Part shown: piece after piece, positions 53,283-63,770 of the stretch
Layout of the letters: each line of letters begins with the position of its first letter
Position numbering within the stretch: position 1 is the first letter of the stretch
Assembly: GCA_003168355.1 (NCBI GenBank)
Contig: PMSQ01000134.1
Coordinates: 7,222 to 71,221 of the forward strand
Length of the DNA: 64,000 nt
Origin: Acidobacteriaceae bacterium
GTDB taxonomy: Bacteria; Acidobacteriota; Terriglobia; Terriglobales; Acidobacteriaceae
Reading direction: 5' to 3'
Translations under genes and position numbers: made by a program
The notes under the pieces: generated by a model
The model's input: only the letters and a program-made list of their open reading frames with translations
Told to the model about the DNA's origin: nothing
Databases searched by the model: none

Positions 53283-54173
53283 TTAGGTCTCGAATAGTTC
53301 CTCCAGCTGATCCTCGTAAAGCTCGATGGGCCGACGCGTTATCCCAACTCCTTTTTCGATCATGATCTCGACGATTTGGTCCCCTTCGAATAAGATCACG
53401 GGAACAGCCCCCATCTTGATGGATTCCTGTTGTGCAGACTTAGTGAAAGTGGAGGTCGTGAAGAAATATCCTTGCTCGTACTGGCCTTGGATCGCTCCTC
53501 GGAATTCCCGTACCTCCTTCGGACCGACAGAGTTCTGCCAGCGTTTGCACTGGAACGCAGCCCTGATCACTGCCAAGCCGACTCGTAGCTGCCCATGTCC
53601 GTCGATGCCTCCATCCCCGCTCTTGCCCGTGACCTCTGTCTTCTGAAATCCGTAGCCCTTCAACAAAGTCTCGGCGAATTTCTCGAATTGACCTGGCGAC
53701 AGGTCTAGCAGCTTATTCAAAACCTTCTGCTTGAAAGATGCCCGGTAGTCGTCACTCACATCCTCCAAGTTTAGATTGCTAGGGTAAAGAGGCTCGGCAT
53801 GGTGTCCCGCACGCTCGGGGCTGACATCGGGCGCGGCTGAGCCCACCAGGATCGGCGAAATTCTGGCCCCGCTAACTTTCACAGATAAGTCGTTGCTGTC
53901 GGCTATCCTGTCGCGGCCTCTGGCTGTTATGGACCATACTCCATGCCCTGCGCTCGCGAGTTCGCCCTTCGAAACGAGAGCCTGCCTGGCCCACTGAATC
54001 CGGTTCGTCCATTTGTTAGATCCGCTTGGCAGCGTCTGGGAAAGGTCGGCGTCCGTAAGCTGCCTGAACTGTTTTGTAACCTCCTCATAGACATCCTTCG
54101 CGCGAGCTTCACCTCCGAGCGCAGCCACAGCGCGAAGAAGAGGTATTTCTATTTCCCATTGTTGCGGAAACAT
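53283..54173 (-). CDS. Mrr-like restriction endonuclease (Mrr_N winged helix plus Mrr_cat)
   Basis: N-terminal wHTH. GDGGIDGHG...AAFQCKRW catalytic-core pattern. The ATG at 54173 avoids overlap with mdh. Confidence 0.85.
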   Translation of the reverse strand: MFPQQWEIEIPLLRAVAALGGEARAKDVYEEVTKQFRQLTDADLSQTLPSGSNKWTNRIQWARQALVSKGELASAGHGVWSITARGRDRIADSNDLSVKVSGARISPILVGSAAPDVSPERAGHHAEPLYPSNLNLEDVSDDYRASFKQKVLNKLLDLSPGQFEKFAETLLKGYGFQKTEVTGKSGDGGIDGHGQLRVGLAVIRAAFQCKRWQNSVGPKEVREFRGAIQGQYEQGYFFTTSTFTKSAQQESIKMGAVPVILFEGDQIVEIMIEKGVGITRRPIELYEDQLEELFET

Positions 54174-54196
54174 AGACTTTGAGTCCTCGTACTCGA

Positions 54197-55135
<939 letters not shown>

Positions 55136-55151
55136 TCAGGAAAAATTGTTA

Positions 55152-55250
55152 ATCGGGCGATCTGGTGATTGTGCGATTGAAAAACAAGAGTGGCGCCATT
55201 TCGCCAGCGCCGCGACAATCGCCCGACGACCCAATCACTAAATCGCAAAA
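55152..55250. repeat. Two inverted octad-periodic elements (55152-55183 and 55215-55250) flanking a GC hairpin between icd and mdh
   Basis: ATCGGGCG ATCTGGTG ATTGTGCG ATTGAAAA, and the reverse orientation ACAATCGCCCGACGACCCAATCACTAAATCGCAAAA. Confidence 0.85.
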
Positions 55251-55255
55251 TGGCC

Positions 55256-56674
55256 CTACACCAGCACTGCCGCACCCATGTTTTCGACGATGCAATCCGC
55301 GAACTCGCTGGTCTTCACTTTAGTTGCGCCTTCCATTAGGCGCTCAAAGTCATAGGTGACTTTCTTCTGCAGAATGGTGCGCTCCAGGCTTCCCTCGATC
55401 AGATCGGCGGCCTCATTCCATCCCAGGAAGCGAAACATCATCACACCCGAGAGCAGCACTGAACCGGGATTGATCACGTCTTTATCCGCATACTTCGGAG
55501 CCGTGCCGTGCGTCGCCTCGAAGATCGCGTAGCCGTCGCCAATGTTCGCGCCCGGAGCGATGCCCAGCCCGCCCACCTGCGCCGCGCAAGCGTCCGAAAT
55601 GTAATCCCCGTTCAGGTTCGGGGTCGCCAGCACGGAATACTCATCCGCTCGGGTCACCACCTGCTGGAAGATAGAATCGGCAATCCGGTCGTTAATCATT
55701 ATTTTTTTCTTCCACTGGCCTTTGCCGTGGGTGGCGTAGATGCGGTCGAGCACCTCTTTCACTTCCTGCTCTACGGCCTGGCGAAAGGCGGGCGGAGCAA
55801 ATTCCATGCCCGGCTCAACCAGTTCGGCATTCTGCGCCACTGTCAGATTCGAATTCTTGTCTTTGTTGTCGACGATCCAGCTCTCCCGCTCCGTGACCAC
55901 CTTGTCGCGAAATTCTTCGGTCGCAAGCTCGTATCCCCACTTGCGGAATGCTCCCTCGGTAAACTTCTGGATGTTACCCTTGTGCACCAGCGTCACACTT
56001 TTACGGCCGGTCTCAAGCGCGTGAAGAATCGCCATGCGAACCAGGCGCTTGGTTCCGGTCACAGAAATCGGCTTGATGCCAACACCGGAATCCAACCGGA
56101 TCTGCTTCTTGCCGCCTTTCAGCATGTCCTGGTTGAGAAACTCAATCAGCTTCGCGCATTCCGCAGTTCCCTCTTCCCACTCGATGCCAATGTACACATC
56201 CTCAGTGTTCTCACGGTAGATGACCACGTCCATGCGTTCGGGATGCTTCACCGGGGACGGCACGCCCTTGTAGTACTTCACTGGACGCACGCAGCAATAG
56301 AGATCCAGAATCTGCCGCAGCGCAACATTCAGAGAGCGAATGCCGCCGCCCACCGGCGTAGTCAGCGGACCCTTGATGGCAACCCGAAATTCGCGAACGG
56401 CGGCAACGGTGTCATCGGGGAGCCAGGTATCGAACTTTGCCTTCGCTTTCTCTCCGGCGAAAACCTCATACCACGCGACACGACGCTTGCCCTTGTACGC
56501 TTTCTCTACCGCCGCATCGAACACGCGCAGCGACGCCTTCCAGATGTCGCGCCCGGTTCCGTCGCCTTCAATAAACGGGATGATTGGATTATCCGGTACT
56601 TCGTACTTTCCCTCTGTATAGCCGATCTTCTTTCCATCGGACGGTACCGCCGCGCCGTTATAAGAGCCCGCCAT
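55256..56674 (-). CDS. icd: NADP-dependent isocitrate dehydrogenase
   Basis: [14 protein letters not shown]...SLNVALRQ...NLNGDYISD. The ATG at 56674 has a GGGAGG SD. The ORF track start at 56782 is unlikely. Confidence 0.95.
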   Translation of the reverse strand: MAGSYNGAAVPSDGKKIGYTEGKYEVPDNPIIPFIEGDGTGRDIWKASLRVFDAAVEKAYKGKRRVAWYEVFAGEKAKAKFDTWLPDDTVAAVREFRVAIKGPLTTPVGGGIRSLNVALRQILDLYCCVRPVKYYKGVPSPVKHPERMDVVIYRENTEDVYIGIEWEEGTAECAKLIEFLNQDMLKGGKKQIRLDSGVGIKPISVTGTKRLVRMAILHALETGRKSVTLVHKGNIQKFTEGAFRKWGYELATEEFRDKVVTERESWIVDNKDKNSNLTVAQNAELVEPGMEFAPPAFRQAVEQEVKEVLDRIYATHGKGQWKKKIMINDRIADSIFQQVVTRADEYSVLATPNLNGDYISDACAAQVGGLGIAPGANIGDGYAIFEATHGTAPKYADKDVINPGSVLLSGVMMFRFLGWNEAADLIEGSLERTILQKKVTYDFERLMEGATKVKTSEFADCIVENMGAAVLV

Positions 56675-56830
56675 TCCCAGCCTCCCTATTGCGTTTCGCA
56701 CAGCATTTGGAAAACCTTTTATTATAGAGAATCCCCCGGAACCGCACACGAACTTAAAGCTTATTGTGCGTGTTTGTGCCATAATTCCGTAAGCTAGCAG
56801 AACATCGCCAGGCTTAACCGGAGGTCCTCA

Positions 56831-57340
56831 ATGGCGCACCGCGGCTGTCCTGCTCGATGGTTTGGAGTATTCGCCTTCTTCTGCCTCATGTTCTCGAACG
56901 CCGCCTTCGCCAAGAACAATCCGAGTTACACACAGTTGGGTCATGACATCAGCATAGGCCCGAACGATCAAGTCGGCGATGTCACCTGCGTTGCCTGCAG
57001 CATTCGCATTCGAGGCCAGGTCGCCGGCGATGCCACAGCCGTTGGAGGCAGCATTGTTCTAGAAGATCAAGCGCAGGTCACCGGTGACGTCACCGCCGTC
57101 GCGGGCGACGCTCGGCTCGACCAAGAGGTGAAAGTTGCTGGCGACGTTACCGTCGTTGGCGGCGAACTCCGCCGCGACCCGAAGGCCAGCATCTCGGGCG
57201 ATGTAACCTCCGTGGGCGGACGCGTCTGGGTCGTACCCATCCTTCTGGTACCGTTCGTGATCCTTGGTCTGCTTGTCGCCCTCATAATCTGGATCGCTCA
57301 GCGGATGCGGCGGCCTTCGCTCCCTCCCGTGCCGGCGTAA
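56831..57340 (+). CDS. Membrane-anchored protein with bactofilin-like repeats (GDVT.V.G)
   Basis: Signal peptide, five or more repeats of G-D-(V/A)-T-x-V-(A/G)-G, and a C-terminal TM helix. Confidence 0.5.
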   Translation: MAHRGCPARWFGVFAFFCLMFSNAAFAKNNPSYTQLGHDISIGPNDQVGDVTCVACSIRIRGQVAGDATAVGGSIVLEDQAQVTGDVTAVAGDARLDQEVKVAGDVTVVGGELRRDPKASISGDVTSVGGRVWVVPILLVPFVILGLLVALIIWIAQRMRRPSLPPVPA

Positions 57341-57364
57341 AGGTGGAGATCAAGAAATAGCCGA

Positions 57365-57949
57365 TCACCACCGTCGCGTCCCAAAGGACTTACGCACACC
57401 GACTGTCATATACCGCCCCCAGGGTCCGTTATTGCCCAGATCGGCCACTCCCAGATTGGTGTCGCGCGCGCCCAGGCGATCGAACAGAAAGTGCTGGGTT
57501 ACGCGAAACTCAAATCCTTTCGCGATTAGAATTCCGACTCCCCACGAGTGCTCGACGCCAATCGCATCCGGAGACCAGGTATAAAGGGTCTGCGGGATGG
57601 TCTTGCCAAACAGGAACGAAGGCGCTCCAAACACCATGAACCGCCGCAACTCGCCCCGGCCAAAGGGACGCACTTCGAGCATTCCAGATAGCATATAGCG
57701 CGCAAACATGCTGCAGGGTGCGTTCACGCCGCCGTACTGGCCCGCGTTGCCGGCGCAGAGGTTGGGGTCTATTTCGTTGTGCGGAGGCGCCAGATCCAAC
57801 TGCCCCCATCCCCAAAACATATCGCGCGGAAAGAACATTCGTTGCTCGGCTCCGCTGTCCGGCGAAGCACTCACAGGCGGGGCGCTCTGCGCTCTACCCA
57901 AGACCGAAATCAGTACCGGAAATGCAAAAATCCACGCCAATGTTTTCAT
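57365..57949 (-). CDS. Secreted hypothetical protein (possible small outer-membrane beta-barrel)
   Basis: ATG at 57949 with a GGAGG SD gives the signal peptide MKTLAWIFAFPVLISVLGRAQS. The ORF track start at 58309 is unlikely. Confidence 0.55.
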   Translation of the reverse strand: MKTLAWIFAFPVLISVLGRAQSAPPVSASPDSGAEQRMFFPRDMFWGWGQLDLAPPHNEIDPNLCAGNAGQYGGVNAPCSMFARYMLSGMLEVRPFGRGELRRFMVFGAPSFLFGKTIPQTLYTWSPDAIGVEHSWGVGILIAKGFEFRVTQHFLFDRLGARDTNLGVADLGNNGPWGRYMTVGVRKSFGTRRW

Positions 57950-58302
57950 CCAGCCTCCAAAAAGTATGCCTTGCCTGGGAATCAACGGTCGGCGCGGCAC
58001 GCCCAATAATCCCGTCTTCCATGCCTTGCATGGGATCATCCGCCAACGGGTCCACGGAGCGGAACATTGTAACCTGTTACCCCGAATACTTTCGGGGTTC
58101 TGGTTAACCAGGACGCTAACCGTCAAACGAACGCATGCCGTTCTGGTAAACCACACTTCCAGAAATCCATATCTAGGATTCTGATTTATCCCATCCATAG
58201 AATTGCTGCGGCAGCGGAAAAGGCTGCAAGGACTTGCAACATAAGCACCTAGGGTTTGGCTGGCGGATTGCTGATCTTTCCATACCGGAAACCGGAGCCC
58301 AT

Positions 58303-58641
58303 ATGCCACAAGAAGTATCCGTCTCCTATCAAGCGATCAAAAGCAAGGTCTACCGGTTAATTGACGCCTTGGTCGTGGGCGAGAAGTCGGAATCCGACGT
58401 CCAGGAATCGATCCGCCGTTGGTGGGACCTCATTCATCCTGCCGACCGCCCGGTTGCTCAGAAGTATCTGCTCGCCGTTCTGGAGCACTCCTACTTGGCC
58501 GTCGATGCCATCGAGGAAGGCCTGATGGACGCAACTGATAAGGAGGCATTCCGGCCTGCTGAGTCACCCAAGACCTTAAGGCTGGTCGGCAGAATGGTGA
58601 AGCAGAACGCCCGGCAGACAACCCTCAGCCCTACTGTCTGA
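58303..58641 (+). CDS. Hypothetical protein
   Basis: ATG at 58303 after GGAG. 112 aa, helical, no family recognised. Confidence 0.4.
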   Translation: MPQEVSVSYQAIKSKVYRLIDALVVGEKSESDVQESIRRWWDLIHPADRPVAQKYLLAVLEHSYLAVDAIEEGLMDATDKEAFRPAESPKTLRLVGRMVKQNARQTTLSPTV

Positions 58642-58780
58642 GCCAGGGCGACCTCAGACCGTGCTCCAGCGAACGATTGCTACTTCCCTGCGTTCCAAAA
58701 GACATAGATTTTACATTTGCCGGGTTGCGCGTCCTCATCGGCCCCGTTATTCTCAATTCCAGCGGTTTCAGGAGTGACAA

Positions 58781-59359
58781 ATGAGACTTTCTTGCCTGCA
58801 AATGCTCGTTAAAGTTCGTGGTTATCTTCTGTTTGGAGCCTTGCTGATTATGGCTGGATCTTTATTCGCTGCCGCGGGAATCTACAGCTTCACGCTTAAC
58901 TCCATCGATGGCAAACCCGCGCCATTGGCCGACTATAAAGGCAAAGTGGTTCTCGTGGTCAACGTGGCCAGCCAGTGTGGCTACACTCCCCAATACAGCG
59001 CGCTGGAGGCGACTTACGAAAAGTATAAAGGTCAGGGATTCGTCATCCTCGGCTTCCCTGCCAACAATTTCGGCGCCCAGGAACCGGGTACCAACGAAGA
59101 GATTAAGACCTTCTGTACTCGCAAGTACAGCGTGACTTTCCCCATGTACGCGAAGATTTCGGTCAAAGGTCCCGACCAGGCTCCGCTCTACGCCTATCTG
59201 ACCAAAGACACCGGAGCCGGTATCACCGGCGACATCAAGTGGAACTTCACCAAGTTTCTGGTGGACCGCAACGGAAAAGTCGTTCAGCGTTTCGAATCGG
59301 CGGTCACCCCGGATTCGACGGAAGTGGTCTCGGCGATTGAAAAGCAGTTGAAGCCGTAA
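58781..59359 (+). CDS. Glutathione peroxidase (Cys type)
   Basis: VVLVVNVASQCGYTPQY...FPANNFG.QEPG...KWNFTKFLV. Confidence 0.9.
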   Translation: MRLSCLQMLVKVRGYLLFGALLIMAGSLFAAAGIYSFTLNSIDGKPAPLADYKGKVVLVVNVASQCGYTPQYSALEATYEKYKGQGFVILGFPANNFGAQEPGTNEEIKTFCTRKYSVTFPMYAKISVKGPDQAPLYAYLTKDTGAGITGDIKWNFTKFLVDRNGKVVQRFESAVTPDSTEVVSAIEKQLKP

Positions 59360-59545
59360 TCCTGTGCCAGCCTGTGTCGAGCGGGTTGAGCGAACGGCCA
59401 CACCGCTGCCGTACTTGGGCGCCGAAGGGAAAACACCGGTGCTGCAATACCACTATTAAGTGGAAGACTTGTCGGCGATCGCGGGCGTGACCTGGTGGCA
59501 TTCTTGCTTTGCCTGCTCGTTCGCGATCGATTAGCGTTAACCCGC

Positions 59546-60166
59546 CTAACCTGCTTTTTGCCGCTGGTAATATCTCCGGGCCTTGTCGCGGTTGCCACAA
59601 CTCTTCATGTCGCACCAACGGCGCCTATGGTTCTTGGTTTTGTCCAAGAACAGCCAAGAGCAGGTCTCGGACGCACACTGCCGCACGTAGCCGATTTCCT
59701 CGCCAATGAGCAACTCCGCCGCCGCTCGGCTCACTGGCCAGAGCATCGAGTCCAGGTTGCTTTCCGGTTCGATCCATTCCCGGGTAAACCGCCGGTTGGC
59801 GTTGACGAGTTGGGTGTGTCGCGCTGCCTGGCGGACAGCCTTGTTGAGGATCGCGAGGGCCGTACTCGGTATCGCCCGTCGCTGCGCGACCGCCGAGAAG
59901 ATGTCGTAAATCGTGTCGCGGAGCCGTATCGAGGTGCGCAGCGTGATCAGGGCGTTGCCAGGCGCTTCGGAAGTCAGATGACGCAGGCGTTCCGCAGTCC
60001 TTGCGGTGATCACACCGGCCTCTTCTCCCCACTGCAGAAGCCGTCCATAGTCGGTGAGCAGTTCCCGGGGATGGTCACTGATGCGGTCGTCGACGGTGTC
60101 GGCGAAATCCAGACAGGGATTTCCTCCTGTGAACTCGAACGGCGATTTCGGCCGGGGTGTTGACAT
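59546..60166 (-). CDS. CGNR zinc-finger (ABATE domain) protein
   Basis: C-terminal CSWLFLDKTKNHRRRWCDMKSCGNRDKARRYY. Confidence 0.85.
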   Translation of the reverse strand: MSTPRPKSPFEFTGGNPCLDFADTVDDRISDHPRELLTDYGRLLQWGEEAGVITARTAERLRHLTSEAPGNALITLRTSIRLRDTIYDIFSAVAQRRAIPSTALAILNKAVRQAARHTQLVNANRRFTREWIEPESNLDSMLWPVSRAAAELLIGEEIGYVRQCASETCSWLFLDKTKNHRRRWCDMKSCGNRDKARRYYQRQKAG

Positions 60167-60391
60167 CCGCTTTGTCAGCTTACACTATTATCTATAACCA
60201 TCAATATTACCTTGACAAGTTATATTCTACGTCGTTAGCATATGACCAGTAAAGGTTATTTTGGCGGTGATGTTTAAGACACGCTGAGTGAACATCCATC
60301 TCAGGTAATCGGTCCAGATGCCACTCTTGGTAAACCATCGTCAGAGCACAATCTGAATGTTGGGCAACTTGTATCACAGAGAGCGCACCAA

Positions 60392-60775
60392 ATGCCTAAA
60401 GTTGAAATCAAACATCCCGACAAGGTGGCGTCGACGGGTTCATATTCGGCAGGGGTGGAGATCGACGGCTGGCTTTTCATTAGCGGACAGGGGCCACTGG
60501 ACCTGCAGACCGGAGCCGTGGTCCGCGGATCGATTGAAGAAGAGACCCGATTGACGCTTAACCACATCGGAAAAGTCCTGCAGAGCGCTGGCTACAGCTT
60601 CGCTGACGTAGTGAAGTGCACTTGCCACCTCGGAGACATTCAAGATTTCGGCAGATTCGACAGAGTGTACTCTGAGTTCTTTCCCGGGATCCGTCCCGCG
60701 CGCACCACCGTACAATCGGGGCTGGGAGACGAAATCAAAGTTGAGATCGACGCCATCGCACGGAAGACGCGGTAA
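60392..60775 (+). CDS. ridA: RidA/YjgF family protein
   Basis: YS.GV...LFISGQ.P.D..TG...E.QTR..L.N....L...G......V.K.T....D...F...N.VY..FF....PAR..V pattern. Confidence 0.9.
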   Translation: MPKVEIKHPDKVASTGSYSAGVEIDGWLFISGQGPLDLQTGAVVRGSIEEETRLTLNHIGKVLQSAGYSFADVVKCTCHLGDIQDFGRFDRVYSEFFPGIRPARTTVQSGLGDEIKVEIDAIARKTR

Positions 60776-60927
60776 TCCCGTGGATCGACATGGTCGCACG
60801 AAATGATGGCAACGTATTTTGCTTCCGAGAAACGTAGCGCGTCTTCGGGCTCTTCTAGGAGGTGAATGCATAAAAGTTTTTGCGAGGCCGAGCTGAGGAT
60901 CGCCTGATCTAATTTTCGAGGTGCAAC

Positions 60928-62055
60928 ATGCAATTGAAACCCTTCCTGCTGGACATGTGGCTAGACACCTACGAGCACGACATCGAATTCAACCTGGCCG
61001 CAAGCGAAGGACCGCACTGGACCCTGAATGAGATCCTGAGTCTCGCTAGTGAGGAGGAGCGGCAGCGCTTCCTGAATCACAACTTGGTCTACAGCCGCCC
61101 AGCAGGAGCCGAGGGCTTACGCGCAGCAATCGCCGATATGCAGGATGTTAATGTCGACACTGTCCAAGTCGTAACCGGCGCCTCTGAGGCACTTCTCGTT
61201 CTGATGTGGCTGGCCGCGGAGCCCGGAGCCAATGTCATAATCCCTCAACCAGGCTATCCGCCCTTTTCCGCTCTACCCGAATCCCTCCGAATCGAGACTC
61301 GCTACTACGCTGTTCGGAAGGAGAACGACTTCCGTTTCGATCTCGATGAGATCAAGCAACTGGCGGATCGAAATACAAAGCTGATTCTGATCAACAGTCC
61401 CCACAATCCCACTGGCGCAACGATTAGCGATGCCGAACTGGACAGCTTGCACGAGTTCACAGCGTCTCGTGAAATTCAACTTGTTAGCGATGAGGTGTAC
61501 CACCCTATCTATCATGGACAGGCAACAAGATCGGCTTCCCGTCTGCCGCATGCGACCGTCATCCATGATTTCTCGAAAGCTTTCCCTTTATCCGGAGTGC
61601 GGACCGGTTGGATGATCGAGCACGATCCCAAGCGCCGCGAACTCTACTGGAATGCGCGCACCTATTTTTCCATTTCAAACAATACTGCCGGAGAAATGCT
61701 GGCAGAGACTGCAATGCGCCACCGGGATATCGTCCTCGGGAAAACGCAGGAAACCGCAACTCAGAATCTTCGGCAGCTTGCCTCCTTCATGTCCGAGCAT
61801 CGTGAGACGCTTGGCTGGATTCCTCCTAGTGGCGGACTGACCGCTTTTCCATGGCTAGTCAGTGGTGAGAACAGCCGCGCCTTTTGCCAGGCGGCTGCGG
61901 AACAGGGCATTCTGCTCGCCCCCGGGGATTGTTGGGATGCGCCCTCACATTTTCGCCTCGGGTTCACGGCGATGACCGACAAATTTCCCGACGCGTTAGA
62001 CCGGCTTGAGGAATTCGTCAAGAGTTGGTCAGCGGCGAACATGGTGAGACCGTGA
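60928..62055 (+). CDS. PLP-dependent aminotransferase (class I/II fold)
   Basis: NSPHNPTG, DEVY and SKAFPLSGVRTGW (PLP lysine). Confidence 0.9.
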   Translation: MQLKPFLLDMWLDTYEHDIEFNLAASEGPHWTLNEILSLASEEERQRFLNHNLVYSRPAGAEGLRAAIADMQDVNVDTVQVVTGASEALLVLMWLAAEPGANVIIPQPGYPPFSALPESLRIETRYYAVRKENDFRFDLDEIKQLADRNTKLILINSPHNPTGATISDAELDSLHEFTASREIQLVSDEVYHPIYHGQATRSASRLPHATVIHDFSKAFPLSGVRTGWMIEHDPKRRELYWNARTYFSISNNTAGEMLAETAMRHRDIVLGKTQETATQNLRQLASFMSEHRETLGWIPPSGGLTAFPWLVSGENSRAFCQAAAEQGILLAPGDCWDAPSHFRLGFTAMTDKFPDALDRLEEFVKSWSAANMVRP

Positions 62056-62279
62056 CGAAGTCTACTGGCGTGTCGCTCCGCTTGTTGTTCCTTGCGCTGC
62101 CAACAACTTCATAGGTCCTTCGGCAAGGAAAGAACGTGGGCCGAAAGATGGACAGCATCGCTTCTTGCGCATGCCGTTGTGAGGACACAGCAGATGCCGA
62201 GCAAGGGCGGATTCCCGTAATATTTTAGCCAGTAGCTCCCCGCTCACAACTGCCGTAACATAAATCCAGCAATGCAACG

Positions 62280-63674
62280 ATGTCAGCTTGGCAGATGAAG
62301 ACACTTCTCTGGACACATCTCAGGCACCTCCGGCTTACTCACATCGGCTTGGCCGCAGTCTGCCTCAGCCTGCCCTGCCCCGCGGCCGCTCAAACCCAGC
62401 CCACCAACGGCACAACCACTCGGCCCATGCCGGCCTCCGCCTACAAGCTCATTGAGGTGAAGGTGACCGGCAGTAAGCGCTTTACCCAGGACCAGGTCGC
62501 AATCGCCAGCGGACTGCCGGTTGGGACAACTGCCCGGGATGAGGACTTCCGCAAAGCCGCCCGCCACCTGGGTGAGAGCGGAGCCTTCGACAAGATCACT
62601 TTCACCTACACTTACTCGTCGGCCGGGACCAGGCTTACGTTTCAGGTGACCGATAGCGATAAGTTTGTTCCCGCGCGCTTTTCAGACTTCGTCTGGTTCT
62701 CCGGCGAAGATCTGCGGCAAAAGGTGCACGAACGCGTTCCTCTTTTCAACGGGGAATTGCCAACCAGTGGGCGCCTGCCCGATCAGGTATCCGATGTTCT
62801 CCAGGCCTTGTTGGTGGAAAATGCCATCCCCGGCCACGTCGACTACGTGAAGACCACCGGCAAGGGCCAGTTGGAATCGATCGACTACAGCGTCTCCAAC
62901 GTCATTATCCGAATCCATCACGTCGAGTTCACCGGTTCACGAGACCCCGAGTTACCCTTGCTGCAGGCTGCCGCCGAAAAACTTTCCGCTCGGGAATATT
63001 CCCGACCGCTCTTGAATTCCTTCATCGAGCACGCGCTGCTCCCCATTTATCACGAGGGCGGTTACCTGAAGGCCGCGTGCGCTCCGCCGCAAGTCAAGGT
63101 CGTCAAACCGGCTGCCTCGGAAGTGAGCGACAGCAGACTCGAAGAAACGCTCGTGGATGTTACCTTTCCCGTTACTCCCGGCACTCCGTACAAACTCGTC
63201 CATTGGGAGTGGTCGGGCAACCAGGCGATTCCGACCGACGCACTGCAGCCGCTTCTCCATGTCAAGATCGGGCAAATGGCAAACACTGTTCAGCTGGAAG
63301 ATGACCTGCGAGCCGTCCAGACGCTCTATAGTTCGCGCGGATACATCCTCGCCACGGTCAAGGCCAACGCCGAATTCGATGACGTCGCCGGAAGCGTCGA
63401 TTACCACCTGGTCGTTAACGAAGGTTTTGTCTACCACATGGGCGAACTCGCGTTTCGCGGCATCGACAATAATCTGGAGGCCAGGCTACGCACCGCCTGG
63501 AGACTACGTCCCGGCGATGTGTACGACGCCAGCTACCTCCAGCAGTTTCTCCCGCTGGCCAGAAAGCTGCTCCCGGCTAACATGGATTGGGATGTTTCCA
63601 CCCACGTGACCGCCATCGCTCGCGACAAGACGGTAGACGTCGACCTGCAATATACGGCCAAAGCCACGCGGTGA
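62280..63674 (+). CDS. Secreted protein made of POTRA-like repeats with no beta-barrel
   Basis: Signal peptide. Repeated units such as IEVKVTGSKRFTQDQVAIASGLPVG...F and IHHVEFTG.... The protein ends without an Omp85 barrel. Confidence 0.6.
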   Translation: MSAWQMKTLLWTHLRHLRLTHIGLAAVCLSLPCPAAAQTQPTNGTTTRPMPASAYKLIEVKVTGSKRFTQDQVAIASGLPVGTTARDEDFRKAARHLGESGAFDKITFTYTYSSAGTRLTFQVTDSDKFVPARFSDFVWFSGEDLRQKVHERVPLFNGELPTSGRLPDQVSDVLQALLVENAIPGHVDYVKTTGKGQLESIDYSVSNVIIRIHHVEFTGSRDPELPLLQAAAEKLSAREYSRPLLNSFIEHALLPIYHEGGYLKAACAPPQVKVVKPAASEVSDSRLEETLVDVTFPVTPGTPYKLVHWEWSGNQAIPTDALQPLLHVKIGQMANTVQLEDDLRAVQTLYSSRGYILATVKANAEFDDVAGSVDYHLVVNEGFVYHMGELAFRGIDNNLEARLRTAWRLRPGDVYDASYLQQFLPLARKLLPANMDWDVSTHVTAIARDKTVDVDLQYTAKATR

Positions 63675-63737
63675 ACCGTGAGCTTCTCGTCACTTTCCCG
63701 GGGCACGCTCAGCGATCAGCGATAGACTAGATTTGTA

Positions 63738-63755
63738 GCGCCGCCGTCCCGGCGC
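63738..63755. repeat. REP-like hairpin GCGCCG-CCGTCC-CGGCGC
   Basis: Read directly, in the intergenic region before the last gene. Confidence 0.55.
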
Positions 63756-63770
63756 AGAGGAGAACGCGGA

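Noticed and set aside
55508-56797. 429-aa ORF antisense to icd
   Set aside because: It fully overlaps icd and shows an antisense low-complexity composition.
58781-59359. Selenocysteine in the glutathione peroxidase
   Set aside because: The active-site position is a normal Cys codon (VASQCGYT). There is no in-frame TGA and no SECIS-like hairpin.
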